Position numbers and translations under genes: made by a program
Shown: one piece after another, positions 31,120 to 32,000 of the stretch
Layout of the letters: the number at the start of each line of letters is the position of its first letter
How positions within the stretch are numbered: the first letter of the stretch is position 1
The notes under the pieces: generated by a model
The model's input: the letters and a program-made list of their open reading frames with translations, nothing else
What the model was told of the DNA's origin: nothing
Databases searched by the model: none
Origin: Vulcanisaeta souniana JCM 11219
Lineage (GTDB): Archaea > Thermoproteota > Thermoprotei > Thermoproteales > Thermocladiaceae
Assembly (NCBI RefSeq): GCF_026000775.1
Contig: NZ_AP026830.1
Span: 797,056 to 829,055 of the forward strand
Length of the DNA stretch: 32,000 nt
Reading direction: 5' to 3'

Positions 31120-32000
31120 CTATGACCTTCCCCACCCCCCACCCCCTGGTGTTTCGATTATTACCTCATCACCTGGCTCCAGGTCTATTGTCGCCTTGCT
31201 CGGTAGATTAATGACCTCGCCATCACTTTTCCTAACGGTGACCCTACCTGGTGCTCCATCACCACCACCCCACAGGCCCCATGGCCTTGTCCTAAACCTC
31301 TCAGCCATTATTGATAGTCTCGCCTTAGTTAGTACCTTGAATGACCTGATTATGCCGTCACCGCCCCTATACGAACCATCACCACCACTCTCCTCCCTAA
31401 TCCTATACCCAGTGAATAATAGTGGGTATTGCCTCTCGGCGATTTCGATGGGGGTGTTTAACGTGTTCGTCATATTAACATGAACACCACTCACGCCCGG
31501 CTTGCCCGGCCTACCGCCAGTCCCACCGCCAATCGTTTCGTAGTACGCCCAGTACCCTCCATTGGGTAGTGTCCCGCCTATCATTACATTCATCATGGTT
31601 CCGGACCCAGCCGCCGGCACTCTATTGGGCAGCGCCTTGGCCAATGCCTTAAAGACTACGTCCGCGATCCTCTGCGTCGTCTCGACATTGCCACCACTCA
31701 CTGGTGCAGGCTTCCTTGGATTAACGAGTGCGCCCTCGGGCGCTATGACGTTTATAATGCTGTAGAAGCCCTCGTTAGTTGGTATATCACTTTGTATCAA
31801 TGATCTTATTACAAATGATACTGCGGAGAATGTTACGCCGTAAACAGCGTTTATTGGCGCCTCAACCTGTCCATGAGTACCACTGAAGTCAGCCTTAACA
31901 CCCTCCTCACCCACCTCCACGGATACCCTGATTTGCAGTAATTCATCACTAAGCTCCATGTAATCCACTGCGTCATAAACACCCCTGGGCCACTTACCAA
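31120..32000 (-). CDS. Hydantoinase B/oxoprolinase family protein, C-terminal part (5' end outside the window)
   Basis: The ORF contains '[37 protein letters not shown]', '[11 protein letters not shown]', 'TNT.NTPIE..E..YP' and 'PGGGGWG'. The reading frame stays open upstream to the window edge. Confidence 0.85.
   Translation of the reverse strand, partial: GKWPRGVYDAVDYMELSDELLQIRVSVEVGEEGVKADFSGTHGQVEAPINAVYGVTFSAVSFVIRSLIQSDIPTNEGFYSIINVIAPEGALVNPRKPAPVSGGNVETTQRIADVVFKALAKALPNRVPAAGSGTMMNVMIGGTLPNGGYWAYYETIGGGTGGRPGKPGVSGVHVNMTNTLNTPIEIAERQYPLLFTGYRIREESGGDGSYRGGDGIIRSFKVLTKARLSIMAERFRTRPWGLWGGGDGAPGRVTVRKSDGEVINLPSKATIDLEPGDEVIIETPGGGGWGRS

Noticed and set aside
1-32000. The window was searched for CRISPR arrays, rRNA and tRNA genes, transposases, integrases and long terminal or inverted repeats.
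   Set aside because: By eye, I found no regularly spaced direct repeats, no GC-rich structured RNA genes and no recombinase-like ORFs. Long-range repeat detection by eye is limited, so a self-dot-plot would be the definitive check.

Overview
The window looks like a chromosomal segment of a crenarchaeon of the order Thermoproteales. This is inferred from a complete crenactin/arcadin ('arcade') cytoskeleton cluster together with thermosome, Alba, RpoK, archaeal-type ApgM and an Ard1-like acetyltransferase. The moderate GC content by eye would fit a Caldivirga- or Vulcanisaeta-like genome. Genes are densely packed on both strands. First genes of transcription units tend to sit about 25-30 nt downstream of AT-rich TATA-like boxes, so they appear leaderless or nearly so. 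Internal operon genes are preceded by GGTGAT or GGAGG Shine-Dalgarno-like motifs.

Positions 1-12.8 kb are mostly housekeeping genes: argS, a YchF/OLA1-like GTPase, thiE, an aldo-keto reductase, cutA, apgM, an acetyltransferase, signal peptidase, thermosome, rpoK, a Roadblock plus small GTPase pair, and Alba. Positions 13.3-18.35 kb hold the arcade cluster. Positions 19.4-23 kb hold two tandem divergent paralogs of a sequon-rich envelope protein.

The best candidate for an undescribed system is a minus-strand, translationally coupled three-gene operon at 25.5-30.5 kb. It encodes a 1140-aa ORC/STAND-like AAA+ ATPase with several winged-helix-like segments, a 219-aa orphan protein and a NurA-family nuclease. 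No HerA or Mre11 partner lies in the window. The operon is flanked by a solitary MNT nucleotidyltransferase and a 400-bp non-coding gap.

A second notable item is an MscS-like channel gene broken into three frames, with one break at a (TA)5 tract. No rRNA, tRNA, CRISPR array or obvious transposase was seen. All family assignments come from motif recognition by eye; no database search was run.
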